Source: Dendrobates tinctorius (lineage: Eukaryota). Taken from it: DNA of 64,000 nt. The position numbers were made by a program, and so were the translations under genes. Below, one piece after another: positions 1-11,575 of the stretch; position 1 is the first letter of the stretch; each line of letters starts with the position of its first letter. Below the pieces are notes generated by a model. That model was given only the letters and a program-made list of their open reading frames with translations. It was not told the origin of the DNA and ran no database searches. The stretch covers positions 26,226,001-26,290,000 of the forward strand of contig NW_027361810.1 of the NCBI RefSeq assembly GCF_039654945.1. Reading direction: 5' to 3'.

Positions 1-91
1 CACCACTTCTGTATTTATCACCCACTCCTGATTTTGGCTTACAAGTACTGATGTAAAATACTGACCAAATACTGAACGTGTGAATGTGACC
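1..91. mobile_element. Right half of a PIF/Harbinger-type palindromic MITE (cut by window edge)
   Basis: Ends in ACTGAACGTGTGAATGTGACC+TTA; same family as the complete copy at 45595-45789 and the degenerate copy at 2024-2208. Confidence 0.7.
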
Positions 92-616
92 TTAAAGGTA
101 ATGTGTCAGTAAGATCAGCACCCTCCCACACCACATATATGGGCATGTAGGTTTTTGAAAAGTAAATACATTGCCACTTTTATATCTTTTATCTGCTGCT
201 GCCTTCCTGGGTATTTTTTTTTTCATTTATATGCAAATGAAGCATTAAGTGCTTTGGGTGTGAGAGAGCACTTCCTATGCATCTGCCTCCCAAGGTTGTT
301 TTCCCGCCTAGCAGCAGCCCCTTTAGCATGATGGATATTTTCTCGCCTGGCCTCTAATATTACACAGAGAGTTCTCTATTAATCAGAGGAATAGAAAACT
401 TTATCAAACTTTTTTTTCCAGGATTTTGGAGGAGAAGATCTGGTTCAACCCACCCCCCAAAAAAACAAAACAAAAACTGTGTGAACATAGCCTAGTGGTT
501 TGCTGGTTAGTACAACCTGCACACTGTTTAGTAGATTACCCCTATTACCTCCGTGTTGGACACATGGTCCAGATTCCCTAAAGGAAAACCAGCACAACAT
601 TGATTTTCACCAATAA

Positions 617-622
617 TTTATT
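617..622 (-). terminator. Candidate polyadenylation signal for RPRM
   Basis: Minus-strand AATAAA followed ~20 nt later by a GU-rich tract (TGTTGTGCTGGTTTT) in non-repetitive DNA; closer AATAAA candidates also exist. Confidence 0.25.
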
Positions 623-1368
623 TACGAAGTGTCATTAGTGTAAAAGTATAACTCCTCGTCCACTATATATATGTAAACAAAGAAATGACTCCGACGCAGG
701 CTCATCGGTCACACACTCGATCTGTGGCCTTGTGCGGAGGGATCGAATCACAATGACCTATTAATTGTCCCATCTGTCACATGTCAGGACAAATACGTCT
801 ATCACAATACCCCTGTCCTGGCACAGACTAAACATTCAGCACGTTCCATCTGATTGTTCATTTGAATTACAGATTTAATGTGATACTACTCATACCCTGC
901 GCTGACTTGACACATGCAATTGATTTAATTGCATGTGTCGAATGGTAATTATAGTTTTTTTTTTCCTCCCAAATATTCATAAGTTGCCAGGTCTAAAGAT
1001 AGGAATATCTAATATACAATGCCGTAGCTCCCATCCCCCCCCACGCTCTGCTATTTGGCTTTTCATCATATCTAAATTGCACCTGCTCCCTTGTTAACTG
1101 TTTGTAATCGATTCAGCTTTTCTCTCATCTCCGTATCCAGATGGAGATTGAGCCATTACAGAAGCATCACGGTTTTTCTTTTTTTCTAAATTATCCCTCA
1201 AATCCAAGTTTAGAAAAAAAAAAAGAAAAAGATACAGATGGTGCCAATAGCAAAATGAATTGAATTAACAGCATTATTCACCAAAGTTCTTTTTTGGAAT
1301 GTTCAGAAAAATTAAAAAGTAATATATAATACATCATTAGGAAATCAGTCATTAGTAGTAAAAGTGTT

Positions 1369-1615
1369 TATATATATATATATATATGATTTTTTTCATA
1401 TATATATATATATATATATATATTTAATTTATATATAAAATATATATTTACACATATATAGAGATATNNNNNNNNNNNNNNNNNNNNNNNNNNNNNNNNN
1501 NNNNNNNNNNNNNNNNNNNNNNNNNNNNNNNNNNNNNNNNNNNNNNNNNNNNNNNNNNNNNNNNNNNNNNNNNNNNNNNNNNNNNNNNNNNNNNNNNNNN
1601 NNNNNNNNNNNNNNN
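1369..1615. repeat. (TA)n microsatellite running into an assembly gap (N at 1468-1615)
   Basis: Directly visible. Confidence 0.95.
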
Positions 1616-2023
1616 TTATGATTTTTTTAATTCACATTTAATTCATGGATGGAAATTCTTTTAATGCAGTTGCAGAACAAAAAATTAGATTTTACAAAAA
1701 CTAAAATTGGATTTTATTACATCATTGTTTTGATATTTTAAGAGAGGCAATGACTATTATTTTTTTCTCCAATATTCATTAGGTCATGTTGGCATACAGG
1801 CTTTTTTTGGAGGGGAGGACATGAGGAGCAAGGAACCGTTAATGCCATTTTTTGAGCCAAGGCAAATAGAGGAAAATGGGGAATCCGATCCTCAAGTCAC
1901 TCTATAAATCCAATTCTGGCTTTGGTTCCACAATCTGACCCAAAAAACTTCTTCCTCACCCCCCCCAAAACCCCCCCCCCCACAAAACCCTGAATAAACA
2001 TGTAGCATGTGAAACTACACTTA

Positions 2024-2208
2024 AGGCATTATTCACACATTAGTATTTTTTTGATCAGTATTTCAACGCCAAAGCCAGGAGTGTCTCCAAAACACAGGAC
2101 AGTTGTCAATCTGTCAATGATAGTTTTCCTCTGTAGGTTCCACTCCTAGTTTTGGCAAACAAACACTGGTGAAGAATACTGACCAAATACTGACGCGAGA
2201 ATAAGCCC
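2024..2208. mobile_element. Degenerate Harbinger-type MITE
   Basis: Inverted arms GGCATTATTCACACATTAGTATT ... AATACTGACGCGAGAATAAGCCC flanked by TAA-like triplets. Confidence 0.6.
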
Positions 2209-2954
2209 TAAAGGAAGGTCACCTTTTAATTTTAGTGTGCTCGATAAAAGGATTGACAACGAAGACCCTCAAAGCCAAGGACGAAGCAAGAGTCCAATAT
2301 CAAGTGTAGAAAATGGCATGTTAGAAAGATAGCAAACATTCACAGTTCCCTTTTTGAAAAAGAACACAACCAAAAGGGCAAAAATGCACAGAAAAAAAGA
2401 AAAAAGAAACAAAACGATCAAATACAAATGTCAACGTTTACAAAAACAACAGGAATAATAAATAACGCCTAGATTTTATCAAAGATACAGTATCAGTTTT
2501 TGTTTACTTTTAAAGAAAGAAAATACAAGACAACCAAAACCCCTCCCCAACCCCTTGTAATAAAAAGTATTACAATCAAAGTATTGAAATCTCCCCGGTT
2601 TCAGGCTAGAAACAACGTAAACTGGTTTATCTCTGCTGTCCGCACGCCGCGTCCAGTACACCCTCACAAGCTCTGTGACTTCTCCCATTTCCTCCTTCCT
2701 GTAAAGTGCTGTTGTATCAATTCTTCGCATCAATTGTTCCAAGCAACTTCTAAAGCCTTTGTCTATTTTCGCCCCCCCATCATAGCCATCATCCAAAAAA
2801 ATAAAAAAAATTTTTGTTTATAAATCTCCTCTTCGTTTTTGGCCGTCTTTCTTGCTCCTTCGACAAGACGGGATGGATCAACAAAAGGCAAAACGCGTTG
2901 CTTCAGACTTTTTTTTTTTTTTAAAGACACTATTTATTTTCTTACTTGCTTCTT

Positions 2955-3281
<327 letters not shown>

Positions 3282-3640
3282 TTAGAGTACGGCGGCGAAA
3301 AGTCAAACAGGTGGTCCCGCTGCAGCAACTGGAGAAAAGAATTCAAAGAAAAGAGCCCATTAATCATTGGATTTTCCTTCTCCTCCCTCTCCTGCTGCTT
3401 CAGTGGTAGTGTTATAGCAAGGGATAATGCCTCTCGGCTTGCTCACGGTCAGCCTTTAAAGTGCCCTTTTTTTCTTTTCGGCAATTTTTAATCAGTTTCT
3501 TTCAGTTCACATGCAGCCAAGCAGAAAAAGAAAGCTGCTGTCTTTATCTGTCTATGGTTATTATAAAGCTTCGGATCCAACCATTGACCAGAGGGAGGTG
3601 TTTGCATCCATTAGTAGAGATCTACAGGACATGTATGGAT

Positions 3641-3660
3641 GCAGCGCCACCTATAGGGCG
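3641..3660 (-). promoter_or_regulatory. CTCF-like motif
   Basis: GCAGCGCCACCTATAGGGCG matches the reverse of the CTCF core CCNNNAGGTGGCGC. Confidence 0.55.
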
Positions 3661-3828
3661 TCCTCCGCAATTACAGCAAGGTTTTCGAAAAATTGTATTT
3701 TATCTCAAGTGAATGGTTTAGGTCATGCAAACGAGCACATGAAAGACACATTTTAAATGCTTTACCAGTCATCCTCAGTAATTATCCAGATAACAAATTG
3801 AATGTATATACACTCATATTATTATTAA

Positions 3829-4712
3829 CCCCTTAACGACCAGAGGTATTTCAGTTTTTTTGCGTTTTTTTTTTTTTTTTTTTTTTTGCTCCCTTTCTTC
3901 CCAGAGCCATATTTTTTTTTTATTTTTTGGTCAAAATGGCCATGTTGAGAGTTTTTTTTTTTTGTGGGACGAGTTGTACTTTTTAACAATGCCATTGGTT
4001 TTAACATATCGTGTACTGGAAAATGGGAAAAAAAAAATTCCAAGTGCGGTGAAATTGAAAAAAAAACGGGCAACTCCACAGTTGCTGTTTTTTTTTTTAC
4101 CATGTTCTCTAAGTGCTAAATCTGACCTGCCATTATGGTTCTCCAGGTCATTACAAGTTCATAGACACCAAACATGTCTAGATTCTTTTTTATTTAAGTG
4201 GTGAAAAAAAAAATAAATATTTTTTTAATATTTTTAAAAACATTTGTTTTACTTTTTACATGCTTCAATAGTCTCCATGGGAGACTAAAAGCTGCATTAC
4301 TTCAATCGCGTCTGCTACACACAGGCAATGATCAGATCACCTGTGTGCAGCAGAAATGCTCACTTGCTATGAGTACTGACCACCAGGCCGGCCATCGGGT
4401 GGCGCTCATCGCAATCCGGCACTGACAGCCATAGAGGTCTGCTGGAGACCTCTGGTTGTCATGCTGACCCATCGGTGACCTGTGATCATGTGACGAGGTC
4501 ACTGATGGGTGAAATTTGTGACGTGCTTCCGGTAAGCGCGAGTTAAATGTCGCTGTCAGAGATTGTCAGCGTCATTTAACTAGTTAACAGCCGCGGGTGG
4601 ATTGCGATTCCTCCTGCGACTGTTGCGGGAACATTTCAGCTGTACGGATCAGCTTTTATGTGCCCCCAAAGTCCAGTATCGGCGTACTATTTTGCCCAAT
4701 GTCAGAAAGGGG
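3829..4712. mobile_element. Non-autonomous piggyBac element (~880 bp)
   Basis: TTAA on both sides (3825-3828, 4713-4716), CCCCTT...AAGGGG termini, no ORF. Confidence 0.85.
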
Positions 4713-4716
4713 TTAA

Positions 4717-5610
4717 AGAAGAGCAAATATACTTCTTTTTTTCAATAATTTTGTCCTGCTTGAAAACTTATGAAACTTTACAAATGAGTTAATTAGGTGA
4801 TTTGTCTTCATTCCTGTAAAAAAAATGCATGTAAGTGGCTTTAAAACCCCCGCTTTTCCCCTGTCTATTTTCTGCCTTCAGCTGCATTGATAGCAGAACT
4901 TACAGTAGTCATTTAGAGTACAGATCATGGCAGTCATGGGTCAGCCATGAAACCACCTTTGAGTGTTGGGCTTAGCAGAACAATTTCTATTGGTAGCTTA
5001 TTCCCAGAGTTAGTGACAAAGGTACTGAACTGACCGATTACTGCCATCATTGGGCTGCACGGTGGCTCAGTGGCCCACCAAGGACAACATCTGCAAGGAG
5101 TTTGTATGTTCTCCCCGTGTTTGCGTGGGTTTCCTCCAGGTACTCCGGTTTCCTCCCACATTCCAAAGAGATACTGCTAGGGAATTTGGATTGTGAGCCC
5201 CATCGGGGACAGTGATGATAATGTGTGCAAACTGTAAAGCGCTGCGGAATATGTTAGCGCTATATAAAAATAAAGATTATTATTATTATTATCATCTGGA
5301 CTCCAAAACTGATCACTGTGATTTAACTATACTCTAAAACTGATCACTGCTATCATCTGTACTCCAAAACTGATCACTGTCATCATCTTAACTCCAAATG
5401 AGTATGTTAATGCAGCTGAAATCAACTAAATAGGTTGAGAAAGAGCACGGATTTTGAAGCCACTTACATGCAATTTTATTTACATGATTTTATTTACATG
5501 ATTTACAAAAATCAAGGCAAATCCCCTAAAAATTAATTTGCTAAATTGCATAATTTACCTGTAGGACAAAATTATAACAAAAAATTAAAGTTTAGTGTTT
5601 TTTAAAAGGT
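4717..5610. mobile_element. Degenerate palindromic MITE (Kolobok/T2-like) with an internal ~30-bp tandem repeat and a nested SINE
   Basis: Inverted arms (GCATGTAAGTGGCTT / AAGCCACTTACATGC; TTCAGCTGCATT / AATGCAGCTGAA); repeats of ACTCCAAAACTGATCACTG at 5293-5400. Confidence 0.55.
5052..5292 (+). mobile_element. V-SINE (tRNA-derived head, V-domain, L2-like tail)
   Basis: A-box TGGCTCAGTGG; V-domain CTCCCCGTGTTTGCGTGGGTTTCCTCC...CCGGTTTCCTCCCAC; 3' hairpin GCGCTGCGGAATATGTTAGCGC, then AATAAA and an (ATT)n tail. Confidence 0.85.
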
Positions 5611-5884
5611 AAATTGCAATATACATTGGATTTCAATCCCATATTAAGAAATGCACACATGTAGAGATGTGTCCCTTGAGATATCCCAAGATAAGAGGCA
5701 CAAAATGACCATCATTGAAAGGAAAGAGTATTTGCATTATGCTCTCAGGCACTGTGAGTAATGCAAAGGTTTTTTTCAAAGCTGAGCACTCACAAAGGGA
5801 AACCTTGAGCCTAAAAGAAAGGTAAGAACATGCATATCTGCATATGTACAGTTTGTGTACAAGTAAATATATCAATATACTCTA

Positions 5885-6780
5885 TGTGTGTAGGTGTGGT
5901 GGGGCTGATGGTCTGCTCCCTAACACTCTAAAGGGTTAAATGTATTTGATGTTCATGTAGGTTATAAAAGGGTAACAATCACTGGGGCAGCAGTTAGCTT
6001 AGACAGGGTTAACTGTAATGGCCGGCTCAGTTTGGGGGGTGGAACTGAGAGTTAGTGTCAAGGACAGGAAGTATCAAGCCAGTGAGTGGTGAGTAGTGAC
6101 AAGTAACAGGCACACATCAGGGGCTGCTAGGGACAGCGTGAGCCCAGAAACTCAGGACAGCGGATTGCCTCTGCACGAGTCCCCTTGCTGACCTGGTTAC
6201 TTCGAGATAGACGTTGGAGCCCGGGGGCACACTCCTTCTGTGAAGTTGCAGAAGATCTTGGACTTAAACTTTAAGAGGCAGAGTGAGATGGAATCCACAG
6301 AGGATCCCCTAGAGCAGTGTTTCTCAACTCCAGTCCTCAAGACCCACCAACAGGTCAAGTTTTCAGGATTTCCTTAGTATTGCACAGGGGATAATTTCAA
6401 CACCTGCTCAAGCATTAATTCCATCACCTGTGCAATACTACGGAAATCCTGAAAACATGACCTGTTGGTGGGTCTTGAGGACTGGAGTTGAGAAACACTG
6501 CCCTAGAGCTAGAGAAGATAGTAAGCGGGATGTTCTACCTATACCGAGAACCAGGACTGAAGTTGTGTCCGGTACCTGTGGACAGACCGTTGGGTCTTAT
6601 CCTCTATACCTGCCTGTAAATCCTGCAAATCACCAAGTAAAAGTTGGGTTGTTTTAAAGACCCTCGTGTCTCCCTTGATTGATTGCTGACCTTTTTCCAG
6701 AAGAGATGATTCACTGTATCAATACAAAAAGGGTGGGGGAACAAGAGGCGCAATAGTGCCCTATCACTAGTGACACTACG
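5885..6780 (+). mobile_element. Possible solo LTR (degenerate)
   Basis: TGT start, TATAAAA at 5964, AGTAAA poly(A)-like signal near 6637, CTAC[A/G]-like end; no clear TSD. Confidence 0.3.
6315..6500. mobile_element. hAT-family MITE (186 bp)
   Basis: Long inverted arms starting CAGTGTTTCTCAACTCCAGTCCTCAAGACC; perfect 8-bp TSD CCCTAGAG (6307-6314, 6501-6508). Confidence 0.92.
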
Positions 6781-7005
6781 ATGTGAGTGGTGTAATGCAG
6801 TTCCACTCACCTATTCCGGTTGTGTGACCCACAACTGGCTTGAAGACATAGCACAGTATCAGCTGCTGCAGGACCTCCACCGACCACTCCAATGTGGAAA
6901 AACTGCCAGAGAATATGGGAAGCAAGATGTGCCACAGTCCGCGCTGCTGAGTCCACAAAATCACCTGGGATGCAAGATGTTGTAACAAAGCACTTCTTTA
7001 TTCCT

Positions 7006-7047
7006 TCCAACGCGTTTCGGCGCCCTTCCTGGCACCTTCCTCAGGGA
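7006..7047 (-). ncRNA. Minimal type I hammerhead ribozyme
   Basis: Minus strand reads UCC-CUGAGGA-A-GGUGCC-AGGAAG-GGCGCC-GAAAC-GC-GUU-GGA: catalytic core, 6-bp stem II, palindromic stem III, UCC/GGA stem I. Confidence 0.75.
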
Positions 7048-7053
7048 TATCAA

Positions 7054-7095
7054 CTGAGGAAGGTGCCAGGAAGGGCGCCGAAACGCGTAGGAAGG
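7054..7095 (+). ncRNA. Minimal hammerhead ribozyme core (mirror copy; 5' arm of stem I disrupted)
   Basis: CUGAGGA-A-GGUGCC...GGCGCC-GAAAC-GC-GUA-GGAAGG; predicted cleavage after A7089. Confidence 0.65.
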
Positions 7096-7875
7096 AATAA
7101 AGAAGTACTTTGTTACAACATGCTTCCCATATTCTCTGGCAGTTTTTCCAGAAGAGGGATTCCTGGAGTAGGAAGAGGCCTGTGGCCTTGAAGTAAGTGT
7201 GATGCGCCACACTCCAGCAGCACACCGGGACTGGGACGAGTGTTGTCTGTAGGATGCCAAGGCAAGTGGGAACAGAAGATCGCCCACAACTACCTCGCTT
7301 GGGCATCTTACATGTGCAAAAGGAAATTTATACAATTTTCACTTTTTGGCAGGAGCCATACATGAAACTTTTGAGAAGGGACATTCAAAAGATTTAAAAA
7401 AAAGAGTAACACATTTCTCTTTTTTTATGTCCTACCCATTTATGTAGGACAGAGTGAGATCCTCAATATGCGTCATTTGAATCACAAATGCTACATATTG
7501 TTCTTGTCTTAGCACGGACCACATACCAGACCTCCGAACAAATACAGATCTCAAAGAAATGCAGAGCCATGAATCTAGACTTCCTCATCTAATGCACACC
7601 CCAGACCTGACCCTTTAAATAAAAATGTCTCCCAGTCCTCGTCCTCTAAAAAATAAAGACACCTTTAAAATACAAATCTAAAGTCTTGAATTTGTGAGAA
7701 AATAGCATCTACACACTTTTAGGGCTTTGATTTAATGGGAATGTTTTGTCTTCAAGGCTACAGGCATCTTTTTCATCCAGTGGTATTACTAGAGTGTGAT
7801 AAGCCCCAGTGTAAAATTTGGACTTGTGTCCCCACCTGCATGTTTGGCCCTTGAGCCATTCCAGATCCTGTAAAG

Positions 7876-8061
7876 TCATAGTATCATAGAATCGTAGAGT
7901 TGGAAGGGACCTCCTGGGCCATCTGGTCCAACCCCCCGCTCAAAGCAGGATTCGCTAAATCATCCCAGACAGATATCTGTCCAGCCTCTGTTTGAAGACT
8001 TCTATTGAAGGAGACCTCACCACCTCTTGTTCAAAGATCTTTCCTGGTATAGAAGTCAGAC
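7876..8061 (-). mobile_element. Very short CR1 copy with an internal skip
   Basis: CR1 3' UTR, tail and ORF2 end joined to a ~34-nt piece matching 15018-15051 of the long copy. Confidence 0.9.
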
Positions 8062-8724
8062 GTAATCGCTCCCCCGTGTAAGAATGTCCCAACCCTGGCC
8101 CATTCCTATAATAATGTCTGAAATAATGAACGAGACCTAAAGCTTTTCCTATTAAACAAAAATCAGACAGCGCACGGGAGACACACAGATGGCGTCCAAG
8201 TGGTGTCCAATTTTTCTTCACCCTTTCACCCACCCATAGACTTGAATTGCCGCGTTTGATCCATAACTTGGATCAAAATCAGACATGGCTCCATGGCTCC
8301 ATGATTTTGTGCGGACCCATCGGTCCAGAAAAAATACATGGATGCGTGAACAGATCCAAAGGATATAATAGGTGCAAGTTCTATTTGGATAAGACTCGAG
8401 ACGTGTAAAACTGACATCTGAATGAGCGCTAAGGGAAAGTCTTATGGGTCCTAAGCACCACACTCCAAAATGATGGCTCCATTAGTCTACAGAAAGACCT
8501 GAAGGAACTGAGTAGAAGAGTTCAAAACGATGCAAAGACCAATAATTTAATCATTTTAGGTTTCCGTAAGGAGAGAATATCCCTCTAGTTTTTCTTATAC
8601 CACAACATCCATTTCCCTTATGGTCCCACTGAAAAAACTAAGAGAAACTCGAGAACCCAGGTTCTGTCCAACCAAGTGAGGTCGGTGAGTGGTGGTCAAA
8701 GATCAGACATCAAAATGCGAGCTT

Positions 8725-9232
8725 TAAGAATAACAGTCATTTTCATTTCAATTTCATAAATCCTCAGTGCACATGAAAATAAGAAACTCTGTAATATATC
8801 TTATCACAGAAATCTACTTCTTTCTCCTCCTGGATTGATCTTTCCCGCTTAATTCATGGATAGAATCTGTGAAGTCTGTGTTCGGTGAAGACAGATTTTC
8901 TCATCACTGAAATAGGATGTGACAGTTGGTGCTTATAGAGTTCAACGGAAATGGGGAAAATGACCCATATAGATATTCTGCTGCAAGTTCTGAAGCAACA
9001 CTTCTCCGTAGAACTTTACGAGCACCAACTGTCTATCTCAGTAATGGGAAAATCTGTATTCTCTCAAGTCAATTTTTACCCTGGAATTGAGAATTTTGAG
9101 AATGACTGATCAGTCTGGGAGGAGAAAGAAGCAGATTTCTCTGATAAGGTGTTTTACAAGATTTATTATATCCACATGCACTATTGATTTATGAAACAAA
9201 AAAACAAATAAATAAAACTATATTTGTCTTTT
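8725..9232. mobile_element. Degenerate Kolobok/T2-type palindromic MITE
   Basis: Inverted arms (CTTATCACAGAAATCTACTTCTTTCTCCTCC / GGAGGAGAAAGAAGCAGATTTCTCTGATAAG); related copy at ~17600-17900. Confidence 0.6.
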
Positions 9233-9710
9233 AATTTATCATATCTCGAATGTAATCTTCTTTTTAAGGTCGCCTCTGCCTTTACGTCTTCATGGATTTT
9301 ACGCATCCTCTCTTCCTCATCTCCATAAATCAGAGAATGATCTCGGAAGCACATTCACCCTTCACTCAAATGTAGCAGCGCCGTCAGCATTGTCGTAAAC
9401 AGATCTAGCAGCGAGGGAAATAGGGATGAGTGTGCAAAATGCAAGCTAAAAAGCAATTATGTGCTCCTAATTTATATGCCACATCCCCCTCATTCCCAGA
9501 AATCAGCACCACTATTATTATTATGGCCGTCCTTGGGCATCTCCAACAGTCAGCGTCCTTTCGACACAAATAAAAGGTTAAATGCTTTATCTTGGAACTA
9601 ACCCCACTATAATATTTTGAAAAACAAAGATGTGAATCTAAAGAGTATTTATATCAAAGTAAAGTACAAAGATAATAATAAACTAATAATAATAATAATA
9701 CAGAGCTCAC

Positions 9711-9965
9711 CTGTCGGGAAGTTTGTAAGGAGTAAGCCGAGTTCTTCAGACGCCTTGCGAGTGACTCGAGGACCCTATAAGGGAAGGATTCTTGGAAGGA
9801 TTTTACCATCTGATTTCTAGAACAGATTTATTCTGGCAGAGGCGGAAAGAGCGCCGGAACATTTCCATGATACGGCTGAACTAATAGCTTCGAGATGAAC
9901 TGTTGCTGTGATGCCCCGTAGTCCCAGGGTAATAGCACGCCATCATGTCGTCCCCATGGAGCAGG
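9711..9965 (-). other. RPRM: Putative first (5' UTR) exon of RPRM containing uORFs
   Basis: Non-repetitive, relatively CpG-rich island ending in CAG|GTGAG, downstream of a TATA-like box at 9991-9998. Confidence 0.5.
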
Positions 9966-9990
9966 CGATGGCTGCACATTTCCTAGTGAC

Positions 9991-9998
9991 TTATAATA
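9991..9998 (-). promoter_or_regulatory. TATA-like box of the putative RPRM promoter
   Basis: Minus-strand TATTATAA upstream of the candidate first exon. Confidence 0.4.
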
Positions 9999-10118
9999 TG
10001 CTAGCATCGCAAGATTCACATGCACATAATGTTTGTTGAACTCTTTGAATGCCAGACAATAATTATTATGTTATTATTTCCCTTTTTTGCTGCTATGTAT
10101 CAATAAATTATATATACA

Positions 10119-10122
<4 letters not shown>

Positions 10123-10156
<34 letters not shown>
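10123..10156. repeat. (TA)n microsatellite
   Basis: Directly visible. Confidence 0.95.
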
Positions 10157-10159
<3 letters not shown>

Positions 10160-10749
10160 TTGACTATGGGGTTAGTAATGGGGATCTCTTATAGATGTCT
10201 CTCCATTACTAGCCTTGGGGCTTGATGTCACTTGACAATTCAAAGGTGACATCAACCCCCTCAACTGTCACGCCACTTGCCACCGCTAGAGGGCAAGTGG
10301 GAACAGTAAGGCTAAGTGCCAGAATTGGCACTTCTTAGAGATGTGCCTTTTCGGGGGTACTGAGACCTGATATTTTTAGCCTCTGGGGTGCAGTATCCAT
10401 GGCCCCTTCCTAGGCTATTAATATCAGCCCGCAGCTGTCTGTCTAGCCTTTGTTGGTTATCAATTATAAGGGGACCCTACGTAATTTTTTTGGGGTCCCC
10501 CATTTTAATAGCAAGTAAAGGCTTAGTATATAACTGTGAGCTGATATTAAAAGCCTGGGAAGCTCCGTGTGTATTACCCCTTTCCCAGGCTATATACATC
10601 TGCCCCCAGCTGTGTGCTTTCCCTCAACTGGTTAAGAAAATTATGTTGGAGCCCACACCATTTTTTTTTCAAATAATCTTTTAATAATTAAATACATGTA
10701 CAGTAAGCTGCACACACACTGTACTAATTGTATATGTCACTGACATGTA

Positions 10750-11575
10750 CAGTACAAACCAAAAGTTTGGCCACACCTTCTCATTGAAAGAGTTTTCTTT
10801 ATTTTCATGACTATGAAAATTGTAGATTCACTCTGAAGGCATCAAAACTATGAATTAACACATGTGGAATTATATAATTAACAAAGAAGTGTGAAACAAC
10901 TGAAAATATGTCTTATATTCTAGGTTCTTCAAAGTAGCCACCTTTTGCTTTGATTTCTGCTTTGCACACTCTTGGCATTCTCTTGATGAGCTTCAAGTGG
11001 TACTCACTGGAAATGGTCTTCCTACAGTCTTGAAGGAGTTCCCAGAGATGCTTAGCACTTGTTGGCCCTTTTGCCTTCACTCTGCGGTCCAGCTCACCCC
11101 AAACCATCTCGATTGGGTTCAGGTCTGGTGACTGTGGAGGCCAGGTCATCTGGCGTAGCACCCCATCACTCTCCTTCTTGGTCAAATAGCCCTTACACAG
11201 CCTGGAGGTGTGTTTGGGGTCATTGTCCTGTTGAAAAATAAATGATGGTCCCACTAAATGCAAACCGGATGGAATAGCATGCCGCTGCAAGATGCTGTGG
11301 TAGCCATGCTGGTTCAGTATGCCTTCAATTTTTAATAAATCCCCAACAGTGTCACCAGCAAAGCACCCCCACACCATCTCACCTCCTCCTCCATGCTTCA
11401 CGGTGGGAACCAGGCATGTAGAGTCCATCCGTTCACCTTCTCTGCGTCGCACAAAGACACGGTGGTTGGAACCAAAGATCTCAAATTTGGACTCATCAGA
11501 CCAAAGCACAGATTTCCTGAAAATAAAGAAAACTCTTTGAATGAGAAGGTGTGTCCAAACTTTTGGTCTATACTG
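10750..11575 (-). mobile_element. Internally deleted Tc1/mariner element
   Basis: TA TSDs; TIRs CAGTACAAACCAAAAGTTTGG / CCAAACTTTTGGTCTATACTG. Confidence 0.93.
10913..11509 (-). pseudogene. Tc1 transposase catalytic (DD34E) domain without the N-terminal DNA-binding domain
   Basis: Motifs WSDESKF, FQQDNDPKHTS, SPDLNPIEMVW; frame open but fused directly to the TIR. Confidence 0.92.

Larger units (their letters stand above)
6785..7215. mobile_element. Penelope-like element remnant (inverted pseudo-LTR palindrome)
   Basis: Near-perfect inverted repeat centred at ~7049, each arm carrying a hammerhead core, GAAACGCGT and AATAAA. Confidence 0.7.
3329..9710 (-). other. RPRM: Putative ~6.4-kb intron in the RPRM 5' UTR
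   Basis: Minus-strand acceptor CTCTTTTCTTTGAATTCTTTTCTCCAG| (AG at 3330-3329) lies 59 nt before the ATG; strong donor CAG|GTGAGC at 9711/9710. Pairing of the two sites is inferred. Confidence 0.6.

Noticed and set aside
3627-4180. p53 response element for RPRM
   Set aside because: Only isolated or imperfect half-sites (GGACATGTAT; AAACATGTCT inside a piggyBac); no paired RRRCWWGYYY found by eye
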